From contig CAVUWV010000010.1 in assembly GCA_963745075.1 (NCBI GenBank), positions 256,001 to 320,000 of the forward strand: a stretch of DNA of 64,000 nt, read 5' to 3'. Made by a program: the position numbers and the translations under genes. The number at the start of each line of letters is the position of its first letter. Position 1 is the first letter of the stretch. Positions 1 through 11,144 of this stretch are shown piece by piece. The stretch comes from Candidatus Hydrogenedentota bacterium (GTDB lineage Bacteria; Hydrogenedentota; Hydrogenedentia; Hydrogenedentales; SLHB01). The notes below the pieces were generated by a model. It saw only the letters and a program-made list of their open reading frames with translations, was not told where the DNA came from and made no database searches.

Positions 1-1701
1 GGCCGTCGCCACGGTGAGGTGTCGGAGGAAGAGAAGCTGGTGCCGTACAAGGTCACCGGCGAGAAGAGCGGCGACTGCCAGATCGAGGTGCAGGGCAAGA
101 CGCACCGTCCGCCGGAGGTTTCCGCGATGATCCTGCAGAAGATGAAGGAGACGGCGGAGTCGTATCTCGGCGAGAAGGTGACGCAGGCGGTCATCACGGT
201 GCCGGCGTATTTCAATGACTCGCAGCGCCAGGCGACGAAGGACGCGGGCAAGATCGCGGGGCTGGAAGTGCTCCGGATCATCAACGAGCCTACGGCGGCC
301 GCGCTGGCCTACGGGTTGGACAAGAAGAAGAATGAGAAGATCGCGGTGTACGACCTCGGCGGTGGCACCTTCGACATCTCGATTCTGGCCATCGGCGACG
401 ACAGTTTTGAAGTGTTGAGCACCAACGGGGACACGCACCTCGGCGGTGACGATTTCGACCAGCGCATCATCGATTGGCTGGCGGATACGTTCAAGAAAGA
501 GCAGGGCATCGACCTGCGCAACGACGCGATGGCGCTCCAGCGCTTGAAGGAAGCTGCGGAGAAGGCGAAGTGCGAGTTGTCGAGCAGCATGCAGACCGAC
601 GTGAACTTGCCGTTCATCACGGCCGACGCGTCGGGTCCCAAGCACCTGAACGTGAACCTCACGCGGGCCAAGCTGGAACAGCTCTGCGAAGACCTGTTGC
701 AGCGGACGAAGAATCCGTGCCTGCGCGCGTTGGAAGACGCGGGCGTGAAGGCGTCCGACGTTGACGAGGTCATCCTCGTCGGCGGTATGACCCGCATGCC
801 GGCCGTCGGTACCATCGTGAAGGACCTCTTCGGCAAAGAGCCGCACCGGGGCGTGAACCCGGACGAGGTTGTGGCGATTGGCGCGGCGATCCAGGCGGGC
901 GTGCTGTCCGGCGACGTGAAAGACGTGCTCCTGCTCGACGTGACGCCGTTGTCCCTGGGTATCGAAACTCTGGGCGCCGTGACGACGAAGCTCATCGAGC
1001 GGAACACGACGATCCCGGTGACGAAGCGGCAGATCTTCTCGACCGCTGCGGATAACCAGACGGCGGTAACCATTGTGGTGCTGCAGGGTGAGCGCGAGAT
1101 GGCGCACGACAACCGTGTGCTGGGACGCTTCAACCTGGAAGGCATTCCGCCCGCGCCGCGTGGCTTGCCGCAGATCGAGGTCGCGTTCGACATTGACGCG
1201 AACGGCATTGTCCACGTCGCCGCGAAGGATCTCGGCACCGGCAAGGAACAGAAGATCCGCATCGAATCGTCGAGCGGCCTGTCGGAATCCGACATCGACC
1301 GCATGGTGAAAGACGCGGAGTCCCACGCCGAGGAAGACAAGAAGCGGCGTCACGAGATCGAAGTGCGCAACAACGCGGATGCGTTGCTGTACAGCACCGA
1401 GAAGACGCTGAAGGAACACGGCGACAAGGTGAGCGCGGAGGACAAGGCGAACATCGAGTCGGCCTTGAACGAGTTGCGTGAAGCCCTCAAGGGCGAGGAC
1501 GCCAGCCGGATCGAATCGGCTACGGAGAAGGTGACGACGGCGTCGCACAAGCTGGCGGAGGCCATGTATCAGCAGGCCGGCGCGCAGCAGGCGCAGCCCG
1601 GTCCGGAAACGGTAACTGAGCCGCAAGGCGACACCGGCGCATACGACGCGGACTTCACGGTCGTCGATGACGAGAAGAAGGGCGACGACAGTGCCGCGTA
1701 A
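1..1701 (+). CDS. dnaK: Chaperone DnaK (Hsp70), 5'-partial
   Basis: Hsp70 motifs [35 protein letters not shown] and an acidic C-tail; the N-terminal GIDLGTT motif lies upstream of the window. Confidence 0.98.
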   Translation, partial: GRRHGEVSEEEKLVPYKVTGEKSGDCQIEVQGKTHRPPEVSAMILQKMKETAESYLGEKVTQAVITVPAYFNDSQRQATKDAGKIAGLEVLRIINEPTAAALAYGLDKKKNEKIAVYDLGGGTFDISILAIGDDSFEVLSTNGDTHLGGDDFDQRIIDWLADTFKKEQGIDLRNDAMALQRLKEAAEKAKCELSSSMQTDVNLPFITADASGPKHLNVNLTRAKLEQLCEDLLQRTKNPCLRALEDAGVKASDVDEVILVGGMTRMPAVGTIVKDLFGKEPHRGVNPDEVVAIGAAIQAGVLSGDVKDVLLLDVTPLSLGIETLGAVTTKLIERNTTIPVTKRQIFSTAADNQTAVTIVVLQGEREMAHDNRVLGRFNLEGIPPAPRGLPQIEVAFDIDANGIVHVAAKDLGTGKEQKIRIESSSGLSESDIDRMVKDAESHAEEDKKRRHEIEVRNNADALLYSTEKTLKEHGDKVSAEDKANIESALNELREALKGEDASRIESATEKVTTASHKLAEAMYQQAGAQQAQPGPETVTEPQGDTGAYDADFTVVDDEKKGDDSAA

Positions 1702-1719
1702 ACGATAGATGTCCGCGGT

Positions 1720-1746
1720 GGGGCCTTGGGATGGCCCCAAGGCCCC
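1720..1746 (+). other. GC-rich stem-loop after dnaK
   Basis: ggggccttggg-atggc-cccaaggcccc, 11-bp stem with no U-tract (mRNA stabiliser or weak terminator). Confidence 0.5.
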
Positions 1747-1775
1747 GCGCGGACCAACTTCGAACAATTGAAGAG

Positions 1776-1949
1776 TGAAGAACATCCCCCTTGATCCCCC
1801 TTCAAAGGGGGAAATGGGACGCGCACTGAAAGTGCGCGAGTTAGGAGACGCGATTGTACCGAGAGTTCGGTTGGTCATGTCCCGAGACTTAGCGATCCGA
1901 CGATTCAGAAACTCCCCCTTTGAAGGGGGATCAAGGGGGATGTTCTTCA
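1776..1949. repeat. REPIN-like element family A, copy 1
   Basis: Perfect 37-bp inverted arms tgaagaacatcccccttgatcccccttcaaaggggga (1776-1812) and its reverse complement (1913-1949); 100-nt core. Confidence 0.92.
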
Positions 1950-2015
1950 AGGTAATGGAGTCCGTGTAAATTTCTCCGTTCTCCAGACTACGAAACGAAA
2001 GGAAGTGGAATAGGT

Positions 2016-3203
2016 ATGGCTACGGTACAAGAACAAGATCTCTACCAAATTCTCGGGGTGTCGAAGGACGCGCCGCAGGATGAGATCCGCCGTGCCTACT
2101 TGAAGCTTGCGAAGAAGTATCACCCGGACAAAACCGGTGGCGATAAGGCGGCGGAAGACAAGTTGAAAGAGATCAACGCGGCCTACGACACGCTGAAGAG
2201 TCCCGAGAAGCGCAAGCAGTACGATCAGGAGCGCGAAGCGCGGTCCGCCTTCAGCGGTTTCAGCGGCGGTTCCTCGGGCGGTTTCCAGGGGTTTGATTTT
2301 GGTAACGCGGGTGGGTTCGAAGACCTGTTTTCGACCATGTTCGGCCAGGGCGGTCCGCGGACGGCGGGCCATGCGGCCGTGCGTCCCGGCAACGACCTCG
2401 AGATGGCGGTGCAGATCGATCTCAACGACGTCGCCAATGGCGCGAAGAAGACGCTGCGGTTCAAACGCTGGGACCGGTGCACCGTCTGTAGCGGTAGCGG
2501 CGCGGAACCCGGTACGAAACCGGAGACCTGTCCCGATTGTCATGGCTCCGGCATGGTGACGCATACGAAAGGCGCGTTCAGCATGTCGCGCACCTGCCCG
2601 AAGTGTCAGGGACAAGGCGTGTTCATCGGCGTGCCGTGCAAATCCTGCGCGGGCCGCGGCCGGCAAAAGGTCGACCGCACGGTGCAGGTGAGTATTCCGC
2701 AAGGCGTCGAGACCGGCACGCGGTTGCGCGTGCCCGGCGAAGGCGAAGCGGGCGATCCGGGCGCGCCGAACGGCGATCTGTACGTGCACGTCGACGTGCG
2801 CAAACACGAACTGTTCGAGCGCGACGGCGCGGATCTCATCTGCGAAGTGCCGATCACGTTTCCGCAGGCGGCCCTCGGCGCGACCGTCCAAGTGCCGACG
2901 CTCACCGGCAAGGCCAACCTCACCGTGTCCGAAGGGACGCAGTCCGGCGCCATGTTGCGTATGAAAGGCCTCGGGTTGCCACGACTCGGCGGCGGCGGAA
3001 AAGGGGACGAGTACGTTCGCATTGTCGTGGAAGTGCCCAAGCGGATCAGCAAAGAAGAGCGGGAGATCATCGAGAAGCTTTACGCCACGGATGACCCCAA
3101 CGGTTACCCCAAACGCCGCCGCTTCGAAGAACTCGTCAGCCGCTACGCGCCGATGGTGATGTCGGCGCTTGGGCTGGGCCTGCTCGTGAAGTGGTTGGCG
3201 TAA
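2016..3203 (+). CDS. dnaJ: Chaperone DnaJ with a hydrophobic C-terminal extension
   Basis: J-domain HPD motif, G/F-rich linker, four CxxCxGxG repeats, C-terminal domain; directly follows dnaK. Confidence 0.96.
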   Translation: MATVQEQDLYQILGVSKDAPQDEIRRAYLKLAKKYHPDKTGGDKAAEDKLKEINAAYDTLKSPEKRKQYDQEREARSAFSGFSGGSSGGFQGFDFGNAGGFEDLFSTMFGQGGPRTAGHAAVRPGNDLEMAVQIDLNDVANGAKKTLRFKRWDRCTVCSGSGAEPGTKPETCPDCHGSGMVTHTKGAFSMSRTCPKCQGQGVFIGVPCKSCAGRGRQKVDRTVQVSIPQGVETGTRLRVPGEGEAGDPGAPNGDLYVHVDVRKHELFERDGADLICEVPITFPQAALGATVQVPTLTGKANLTVSEGTQSGAMLRMKGLGLPRLGGGGKGDEYVRIVVEVPKRISKEEREIIEKLYATDDPNGYPKRRRFEELVSRYAPMVMSALGLGLLVKWLA

Positions 3204-3218
3204 GCGCTACGCCATGTC

Positions 3219-4664
3219 TTAGCCCTGCGGTCCCGATCCCGGTTCCGGAAGTTTGGGCCGTGGAAACTCGCCGGCCAAGGCACGCTCGATCCACTTCCGC
3301 ACCCCCGGATCGCGTTCATTGGACAACGCGCGGCGCAGCGCATCGTCGGCTTCGCGGGCTTCAAAGTGTCCCAGCGCGCACGCGACGACTCCACGCAAAT
3401 TACTGTCGCCGTCGTTCTGTAACAGGGCTTCGAGATACGGAATGGTGCCGGGATCTTCGAAGGAGCTGACCACGTAGCAACATTGGAATCGTTGTTGGAA
3501 GGGATTCCGTGCATCCTGGGCTAACCCGAGTGCGCGGCCAATGATTGCATCCCGATCCGGTTTCGACGCGCGGTCCGCTTTGATGATCGCGCCCCATAGT
3601 CCGGCGAGTTGGTGATAGCCGGAATCGGGTTGTGCCATCCGTTGGAAGAAATAGTCCGCGTCGTGCGCTTCGAGGAACGCCTCCGTGTACATCCCGGGCG
3701 TTTCCGCGTGGAATGCTTTCGCATGCTTGTCCGGCGTGAACCGCGGTTCCGAGAACCACACCGTCCCCGGTCCTTCAAGCAGCACGCCGTACGCAAGACT
3801 TTGTGCCGTTTCCGGCACGTCCAGCGTGACTGTGTAGGTAGCGGCTTCGCGGGTGCCTACGATCGGTCGATCCTGCATATTGTCGAAGCCCAACGGCTTT
3901 TGATTCGGTCCGTCGATGCGAAGCCATAGGCCCGCCCAGCCTGTGATTTTCCTCCCGGTGATGATCGCCGTCACCGTGACCGGGCCACCCCGGTAGTTTT
4001 CGGCGGAAATTTCGTGCATTACCGTTGAAAATCCGGATGGTTCTGGAGCACTGGAGCGAATGAACATCGTGGGCTCGTCGATCCCGACGAAGCCGTGGGC
4101 TCCGCCCGTAACGTAATCCGTATGATTGGTTCCCGCCTGCACCCAGCCGGTGAACAACGGACCCCGCGTATTCAGCAGACCGCCGAATTCCGGCGTGATC
4201 GGCGACTTTGCGGAAATCGTTTTGACTTTTAATTCGGGTTCGGACGGTGCATCGTGGTTCAGGAAGGGCCACGAGATAGGAAGGAAGACAACGTAGTATA
4301 CGATCAACGACAATACACCCACCACGACCCATATTAACGGAAACCGCTTGCGTGGTTGCTCCTCAGGCGGATTCAGATAAGGCGCGGCCCACGGATTTTG
4401 CTCAACCGGTTCCTTGCCGAGTTCGGACCAGGACGATGCCACGTCCTCCGGAGTCCCCATGGTGCCAAGCATGCGTTTGACGTCCGGAACCGCCACCAGC
4501 GCTCCGGCCTGTGAATCCGCCATCTGCATGATGTGGCTGCGCAAATCAGCGACGACTTCCTTCGCATCAACTCCCTGACCCGCCAGCAGCGCTTCCACTT
4601 GCTGAAGGTATCCGTTCAGATATGTCTCTGCCTCGTCCGTCCACGTTTTCGCTTCGGTGTTCAT
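3219..4664 (-). CDS. Membrane protein: HAAS/DUF1700-like N-terminus, one TM helix, beta-sandwich domain, HEAT repeats
   Basis: YLxxVExxL...DLRSHI...MGTPEDVA HAAS-like motif; hydrophobic segment; GWAGLWLRIDG/FDNMQDRPI domain; C-terminal HEAT-like helices; ATG at 4664 preferred; downstream of PadR. Confidence 0.75.
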   Translation of the reverse strand: MNTEAKTWTDEAETYLNGYLQQVEALLAGQGVDAKEVVADLRSHIMQMADSQAGALVAVPDVKRMLGTMGTPEDVASSWSELGKEPVEQNPWAAPYLNPPEEQPRKRFPLIWVVVGVLSLIVYYVVFLPISWPFLNHDAPSEPELKVKTISAKSPITPEFGGLLNTRGPLFTGWVQAGTNHTDYVTGGAHGFVGIDEPTMFIRSSAPEPSGFSTVMHEISAENYRGGPVTVTAIITGRKITGWAGLWLRIDGPNQKPLGFDNMQDRPIVGTREAATYTVTLDVPETAQSLAYGVLLEGPGTVWFSEPRFTPDKHAKAFHAETPGMYTEAFLEAHDADYFFQRMAQPDSGYHQLAGLWGAIIKADRASKPDRDAIIGRALGLAQDARNPFQQRFQCCYVVSSFEDPGTIPYLEALLQNDGDSNLRGVVACALGHFEAREADDALRRALSNERDPGVRKWIERALAGEFPRPKLPEPGSGPQG

Positions 4665-5022
4665 TGGACTGCTGACCCTCCTTTCGAAGGCTCTGGATTC
4701 CCCGCGCCAGTTCATCCCAATGGCCGTTCATCATTTCGCAGCACTTGACCCCGTTCGGCGTCAACGCGTAGTACTTGCGCGCCGGACCGTTGGGGGACTC
4801 CTCGAGCCGCGCGCGCAGGAGTCCCGCTTTCCGCATGCGCGAGAGCAGGGGATAGATCGAACCTTCGGCAATGCCCAGCCCCCGCATCTCCGTGAGACGC
4901 CGCACGAGGTCGTACCCGTAGACTTCCCCTTCGGCCACCATGTTCAGCACGCACAGCTCCAGTAACCCGCGCCGAATCTGCGTCGCCCAATTGTCTACAT
5001 TAAAATTGCCGTTCTGCCCCAT
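4567..5022 (-). CDS. PadR family transcriptional regulator
   Basis: QIRRGLLELCVL, YGYDL, EGSIYPLLSR, GPARKYYALT motifs; the low-complexity tail overlaps the next gene. Confidence 0.93.
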   Translation of the reverse strand: MGQNGNFNVDNWATQIRRGLLELCVLNMVAEGEVYGYDLVRRLTEMRGLGIAEGSIYPLLSRMRKAGLLRARLEESPNGPARKYYALTPNGVKCCEMMNGHWDELARGIQSLRKEGQQSNEHRSENVDGRGRDISERIPSASGSAAGGSGS

Positions 5023-5170
5023 CGCCGTCTCCGGTAAATTGCTCCCGTATCTATAGGGTACCATAAGCTAGCATTTGTTGCAAGGTAGTTGTTGGACCGG
5101 CGGTCTCAGAACGTGATTCACTTATAAGATACTAATTTACAGGTGCTTACGGAACGAAGATTCCTTTTGG

Positions 5171-5325
5171 CGCCATATGGAGTGCGGCCGCTTGCGGCTG
5201 CTTTTCTTCAATTGGTGAATTAGCCCGAAGACGCGGTCGACGGCTACTCGAAAGGTATCGTTACCCTAACCGCAGGCAAGCCTGCTTCTCGAAAGCAGCC
5301 GCAAGCGGCCGCACTCCATATGGCG
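5171..5325. repeat. REPIN-like element family B (GGAGTGCGG type)
   Basis: Perfect 34-bp inverted arms cgccatatggagtgcggccgcttgcggctgcttt (5171-5204) and 5292-5325. Confidence 0.9.
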
Positions 5326-5384
5326 TAATTGTCTCATCGTCGGGCTTTGGTTACGCTGCTGAGTAGTACGGGAGGGGTTATCCG

Positions 5385-7489
5385 ATGTGTCTAATCCGTT
5401 TCGTCATCGTGATCACGGTCTGCACATTCGCCATTTACGCTGATGCCCCATCCATGCCTCGTTCGGATGGCCAAACATTACACGTAGATTTTGAGCAATA
5501 CGCCGACGGCTGGGTCGGTCCATTGAACGCGGGGGTCCGTCAACTCGGGGACCCGTTTACGGATATCAAACAAAACACAGTGGACCTGCTGCGCGACGCT
5601 GATGCGGCGTACACCGGCGAGCGTTGTGCGTACGTGTTCACCGACGCGCCGGATCAACGCGGTCACGTCATCCTCCAACGGCGTTACGATGCGCCCGAAG
5701 TAGCGGATGAGATCACAGAATTCATGTTTCGCCCCCTCAGGGAGGGCGCTGCGGATCTCCGCGATTTCGTTGTGTGGTCGGGGTTGGGTTACACGACGGG
5801 AAAAGTCGGCGTTCAACTCGTCGCCAGTGGTGATGCCGCAACGGGGAAATATGCTATCGATGTCGTTTCGGCAGAGCGTCACGCCAATGTCGTCACCGGT
5901 CTCGATCAAGCCGAATGGATTCGTTTTGTGCTTCACCGCAAACGCGACGCGAAGACTGTTGAACTGTGGGTAGGTCCGCCGAATGCGGAGAAATTCGTCG
6001 GCACGTACCCGGACGTCGATCCCGATTACGCAACCGGTCGCGCGGAGATTGGCGACACCTCCCGCGAACAGGAGTTTGGTTCGGGTTACTGGGACGACAT
6101 CCGTATCGGCGCGCCCTTGAGCGACGGCGGCGTGGTCGCTCCTGCAGAGACGATGCGCGATGTATCGAAGGAACTGCCGGAAATCACCTATCCAATCCGC
6201 GTCGGCAGCACGAAACAGTTGTTTGTAGACGACGTATTGATCGAGTCCATGGACGGATTGACGCGTGAGTTTCACAGCGTATCGAAATCGCCGGACAATC
6301 CGCTGCTCGTGCCCGAAACCGCGTGGGAAGTGGGCGGCACGTGGTATGTTCCGTATAACGTGCTCTGGCAAGTTCCCGGCGAGACCCTGCGTACCTGGTA
6401 CGGCGCCTACCGCCGGTCTGCGGATAAGTTGACCTACACCTGCGTGGCCGATTCCGCTGACGGCATTCACTGGAACCGGTTATCGCTCGGCACCTTCGAC
6501 TTCGAAGGCTCCACCGATAACAACATCGCGTGGGCGGGGCGCGCTATCAAGGTCGACTATGACCCGCGCGACCCCGATCCGAACCGGCGTTACAAGGGCA
6601 TGACCCGCGTGAACGGGTACACGGCCATGTATTCGCCGGATGGGTTGGATTGGACTATCGCATCCGAACCGGCCATGCAGCAATGCTACGACGCGACTTC
6701 GTTCCATTGGAATCCGGTTGACGCGAAGTGGATTGCGTCGGTCAAGATCTGGCACGACGGCAAGCGGGCCCGCGGCTACGCCGAGAGCCCCGATTTTGAC
6801 CATTGGACCGACACCTATCTCATGCTCAAGGCCGACGAACGCGATCAGCCCGAGGACCAGACCTACTCGATGTGGGTCTGCCGCTACGAAAGCGTGTTTA
6901 TTGGCTTATTGAAGAGTATTCTACGTGGCGACGGACCGGTGCGACGTGCAACTCGCCTTCAGCCGCAACGCCAAACACTGGGAACGCCCCTGGCGCGAGC
7001 CGTTCATCGACTGTTCGACTGAGAAAGGCGCTTACGACTACGGCAATCTCGATCCCGTCGCCGACCCCATCCCTATGGGCGACGAACTCTGGATCTACTA
7101 TGGCGGCCGTAGCCTCGAACACGATGAGCCCCCGACCGACACCAACGGCTCGCTATGCCTTGCCACGCTTCGGATGGACGGCTTCGCGTCCGTCGGAGGA
7201 ACCGGCACGCTCACGACGAAGCCGCTCATCCTGGAGGGTGATACGCTTTACCTCAACGCGGATGCGGAAAGAGGGGAGATTCTTGTCGAGATTCTGGACG
7301 CCAATAGCAGAAAACCGATGGAATCATTCACCACTAGGAGATTGCGAGCCAACACCACGGACGCCGTCCGCCAATCCGTGAATTGGAACAACGCGCAACT
7401 TCTCAGTACGCTGCGGGGTCAAGCCATCCGCCTGCGGATCCACATGAAAGAACGCGAATCTCTACGCATTATGGACCCAGCCAGGCTAA
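5385..7489 (+). CDS. Secreted five-bladed beta-propeller glycoside hydrolase-like protein (GH32/GH43-like), frameshifted
   Basis: Signal peptide; KQLFVDD, NPLLVPE, SADGIHW, DPDPNRRYK, ELWIYYGG, LRMDGFAS motifs spread over ORFs 5385-7022 and 6925-; shifting frame at an A-run near 7447 gives the C-terminus NANLYALWTQPG* ending at 7489. Confidence 0.75.
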
Positions 7490-7512
7490 CAGACAGGGCT
7501 ACGTTTGCCCCC

Positions 7513-7640
7513 ACTGGGAGCGCCACGCACCAGCGTGGCGTAGGGTCGGAGCGACAATACTTTGTGCATGCAACGACGGCAATCGAGAGGAGAAGAAGGC
7601 TCTTCGAAGCGTCGCCAGGCTGGCGCCTGGCGTTCCCAGT
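7513..7640. repeat. REPIN-like element family C (CTGGGAGCGCC type)
   Basis: actgggagcgccacgcaccagcgtggcg and the inverted cgccaggctggcgcctggcgttcccagt, with compensatory changes; a half copy lies at about 43097-43120. Confidence 0.75.
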
Positions 7641-7724
7641 GAGCAACTTCGCGTCTCCGTGTTGAGCACTAACGCAAAGACGCGAAGTCGCTAAGACGCA
7701 AAGCAGTGCGATTGAATCGAAGGA

Positions 7725-9187
7725 TTACGAATCTACAATCTGGAATGCGTACAGGGCGCCGCGGGTTAGGACAAACCGAATCGCTGTTGGTTTGTTATGT
7801 GTTGCGTCGCCGAAGGAACGTCTTCGCATCCCCCCAGACTACCCGGTACCGCAACGCATCTTGCCGCATCAGGTGCGACGCGTCGCGTTCGGCGCCTTGC
7901 ACAACATTGCCCTCGGCATCCACGAGTTCGATTGCGAGCCCATCCACAGCGACGTCCGCGTTTACAATCAGTTCGTCCCCTTCAAACGACAATACTTGCG
8001 TCTCCAGCTATCCCACTCGATTCCCCCTCGCGGACCCGCAGCCCGACAAACCGATCTTCCGGTAACGTGGCCAGTCCGATTCCCATCTCGCCCCAACCTT
8101 CGCCGTGGCGCGTCCCAACGCCGGTGTAGTAGATCCAGACCTTCCCATTCCGGCGAAACAGGGTCGTGCCCGGAAACACGCGGCCCGCATCCCAGGTGCC
8201 GGGCGTGGGGGAGAGGAAGGGGGCGCGGTCCGCGACACGCGTAGCCAGTCGCGGCCGTCGCGGCTCGACGACCAGTTGGGTGTCCATCGTTCCCAGACTG
8301 TTGTTGCCTTCGACCTCGTCGAGATGCAGTAACCATAGGATTCCGATCAGCACGTCGCCATAGGGCGTCACCGAGATCCCGTAGGGCTGCGTCCAGGGGT
8401 AGCCGTCCTCCTTGTCCGTCGTGAAGACCGTTTCTTTTGGCGTCCATTCCACGAAATCCTTGCTCACCGAAAGCCCGACACCCCGCATGACGGCCGGCCA
8501 ATCGGGATCGGGCACTTGCGCGCGCACATACGCGAGGTATTCGCCTTTCCATCGGACGACGCAGGTGCTCGTGTCGTTCTTCCCAATCGTGTCGCGCCAG
8601 TTGCGGATGGTCCACACCAACCCGTCCGGCGACTCGCCGACCGATGCGCCGCCCGCGCCTTTGTACCGTTTCATCGGGTCCGGGTCGTCCGGCGTGGGGA
8701 GGACGCAGAACCCGTGCGTCCCTTCGATGACGACGTTGTGCTTCTCGTGACGCCCGAATGGCCCGCGCCCCACCATCGGCTTCGTCCAGTGGATGCCGTC
8801 TTCGGACTCCGCGTAACAGGTGTAGTATTCCGCGGTCTGCGGATACTCGGGATTGTCCGGAATGCCGTTCTTGTATTCGTTCGCCAGATACCAGCACCGG
8901 AAGCGTTTCGCGCGTTCGTCGTAGAGCACGGTGCCGTAGATTTCGAGAATGCGTTTCTCCCACGGATACTCGGGCACGATGACGGGGTTGCCGGAGTGCT
9001 TCTCCGGCTGCTGAATGACGCGCTCCAGGTTATTCGTGTCGCGGATGAGGTAGTCGTCGAGGAAGAGTTGGGGGTTGTGGGAGATGGCGACAGGTGTGTC
9101 GTCTGCGTTTGCCAAAGGGATTAATGCGAGAACTACCATGGCAGGGACGACTACGCTCCACACACTTCGTTTCAGGCTTACCGTCAC
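7725..9187 (-). CDS. Secreted beta-propeller glycoside hydrolase-like protein (GH32-like), frameshifted
   Basis: GGAGG RBS then GTG at 9187, signal peptide, PQLFLDD, NPVIVPEYPWE, ESEDGIHWTKP; continues in other frames (FEGDELIVNAD, then IRFVLTRGALYAFQIVDS* ending at 7725). Confidence 0.72.
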
Positions 9188-9207
9188 CGCGTTTGCCTCC
9201 GATGTTT

Positions 9208-9638
9208 TGAAGATGGGTCCCCGCGTTCGGGCCGAGGAAGACAAATGGACGGGATCTCGTCCCATGTTAGCGATTCGATCTTGAACGTATTTGGGTGCTT
9301 CGTGAAGTTGTGTAGTTCCAACCGCGGCCAAGCGGCGCGGCCCCAAGGCCGGACGCCCCGTCTCATCATTCTTGTACGCCGCCTCGAAGGCGCCAAAGTC
9401 CAACTGTTCCAGCGCCGCCCAGACCAGCCGCCCCACCGAATTGCTTGGCAACAAACTCTCCAGCGAACCCGACACATACAGAGCTTGCGCCCGATTGTCG
9501 CTTATATAACGTGGCATGATGTCGCTCCCCCCTCACTCGTCCTGTCCAAATCGTCGCGCGTATGTATCAAACAAATCGCGCTTTGTCCAGAACTTCTTGC
9601 GGAAAGATTTTGGAAGTCCCCCGTTCGCGAGGATGACG
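9208..9638. repeat. REP family D copy split by an IS remnant
   Basis: tgaagatgggtccccgcgttc [IS] cgttcgcgaggatgacg reconstitutes the intact REP seen at 17235-17267. Confidence 0.8.
9229..9621 (-). mobile_element. Internally deleted IS1182-like remnant (about 390 bp)
   Basis: 9321-9596 is nearly identical to 13217-13490; 9238-9310 resembles the other IS end (11820-11895); degenerate terminal IRs; cgttc duplicated at 9224-9228 and 9622-9626. Confidence 0.8.
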
Positions 9639-10029
9639 TTGCGGGGTGGTGTGGGGGTTTAGTTGCCGCGTGATGGCCTTCAATTGGCTGTGTCTGTCTT
9701 CGCCTTGGTGTCCATCGTGCCTTCGTGGTTCAAACGTATTTGGCGTCTGCACCCAGATGGAGAAAGAGGTTTCAAGGCAAACACTTGCGACGGGTGGGCA
9801 CGGGAAGACTCCCCCGTTTCGCGTCAAATATGACTTGCCGAGATTTGGCATTTCGCAATGTGCGCTGTAACATATGTTCGGTATCCGTACACTAGAGACC
9901 CGTTCTGAGAGTTCAACCTCATTCCCTGCAATGTGCGTGCGCACCCTGCACGCGCGCCCTGAAGTACAAAAATCAATAAAAACATCAACTTTGCATCCGG
10001 TACTGTCCGCACGTTTTGTACAATTCAAA

Positions 10030-10046
10030 TTGGCATGCCAAATGCG
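10030..10046 (+). promoter_or_regulatory. Putative sigma-54 (-24/-12) promoter
   Basis: TTGGCATGCCAAATGC has GG-N10-GC spacing, with A-tract-rich DNA upstream. Confidence 0.5.
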
Positions 10047-10250
10047 TTTTCTGAATTCGATAAACGCGGTTCACCGAGGGCCAAGAACGCGTGCCGTAGC
10101 AGGGCGTTAACAACTGATCTGCCTCGCGCAGAGTTGGCGGCGGGCAAGTGCGCCCCCTACTCGTTCTACCCCGTAATTGTTTGAGGTGATGCCCGCGTTC
10201 GGCTGTTGGTCGTCACGGTTACTGTCCTTACTAAGGACCGGGAGTGAATC

Positions 10251-10421
10251 ATGGAACGTTTGCCAAGTACCATCGAAAACAATCGGAACGATTCGGTGCA
10301 GCCCGATGATCAGAAAGTCGCGCATCCCGTCCTTCTGGCAGCACTGAAAGCGACCGTACAGGCCCGCGAGTCGGCGCTCCAGTTAACGACCGATCAATCT
10401 TCGCGTCTTCCCGGAAGGTGA
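10251..10421 (+). CDS. Small hypothetical protein (56 aa, not in ORF track)
   Basis: GGGAG RBS 6 nt before ATG; MERLPSTIENNRNDSVQPDDQKVAHPVLLAALKATVQARESALQLTTDQSSRLPGR*. Confidence 0.4.
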   Translation: MERLPSTIENNRNDSVQPDDQKVAHPVLLAALKATVQARESALQLTTDQSSRLPGR

Positions 10422-10771
10422 TTACCGTTTCCGAAGCGTTTTGGTTTTGGCCCTCGCACGGGGCAGCGGGCCGGGTGTTTGCGGTGGGCGGCATGCTCGC
10501 CAATTTGCACCAGGCTACCGACTCTTCGGTGAGCCGTTCCGAGAGCTCTGCGGGATTTGAGGGCGTCTGGTTTTCCCGGGTGCCAGCGACCGGGTACGGC
10601 GGAAGATTACGCCGCCTCAATGTTACCCCACATATCCGGCGAATCGGGTCTTGCCAGTTATATTTTCTTTGTGGTATTCTACTTACCTTGGGCGGCTTCT
10701 TTAGCGATGTGTAAACGATTCGCGACCTGGGGTAGGGCATTGAAGCAGGTTGAGGGGAGGAGGAGCCAAAG

Positions 10772-11011
10772 GTGCGTCGTATTACCATTGAACTAACAGA
10801 CCATGACGCGATCGATCTGGAAGCTGCGGCCAGATACGATCAATACGGTTGCCGAGCGGAAGACGCCATTAATCGAGCAATTCGCCGTTCAATCGACGAG
10901 TTTCGCGCGGAGCGCGTGCGACGGATGACTATGGATAATGCCGAACAAGAACTTGAGATGGCACTAAAGATCTTCGTCCGCGATGACTTCAAAGAGTATT
11001 TCGCCCACTGA
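10772..11011 (+). CDS. Small hypothetical protein, possibly ribbon-helix-helix
   Basis: Strong GAGGAG RBS; N-terminal RRITIEL beta-strand pattern followed by helices. Confidence 0.6.
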   Translation: MRRITIELTDHDAIDLEAAARYDQYGCRAEDAINRAIRRSIDEFRAERVRRMTMDNAEQELEMALKIFVRDDFKEYFAH

Positions 11012-11144
11012 CGTGTGTATGTCTTCCGTGCTGCCGGAGGAAGACCTTGGTACCCGGACATGAGCACCTTGAAGGGCCGTAACTCTCGGTGCTCGACCAC
11101 GTCGGGGGGGAACGGACGGACACGCCCTTCGCAGGAGTCTCCCG

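Noticed and set aside
7982..9517. 511-aa ORF appearing to fuse a transposase N-terminus to a glycosidase
   Set aside because: Chance in-frame read-through from the IS remnant across a REP; the glycosidase has its own RBS, GTG start (9187) and signal peptide.
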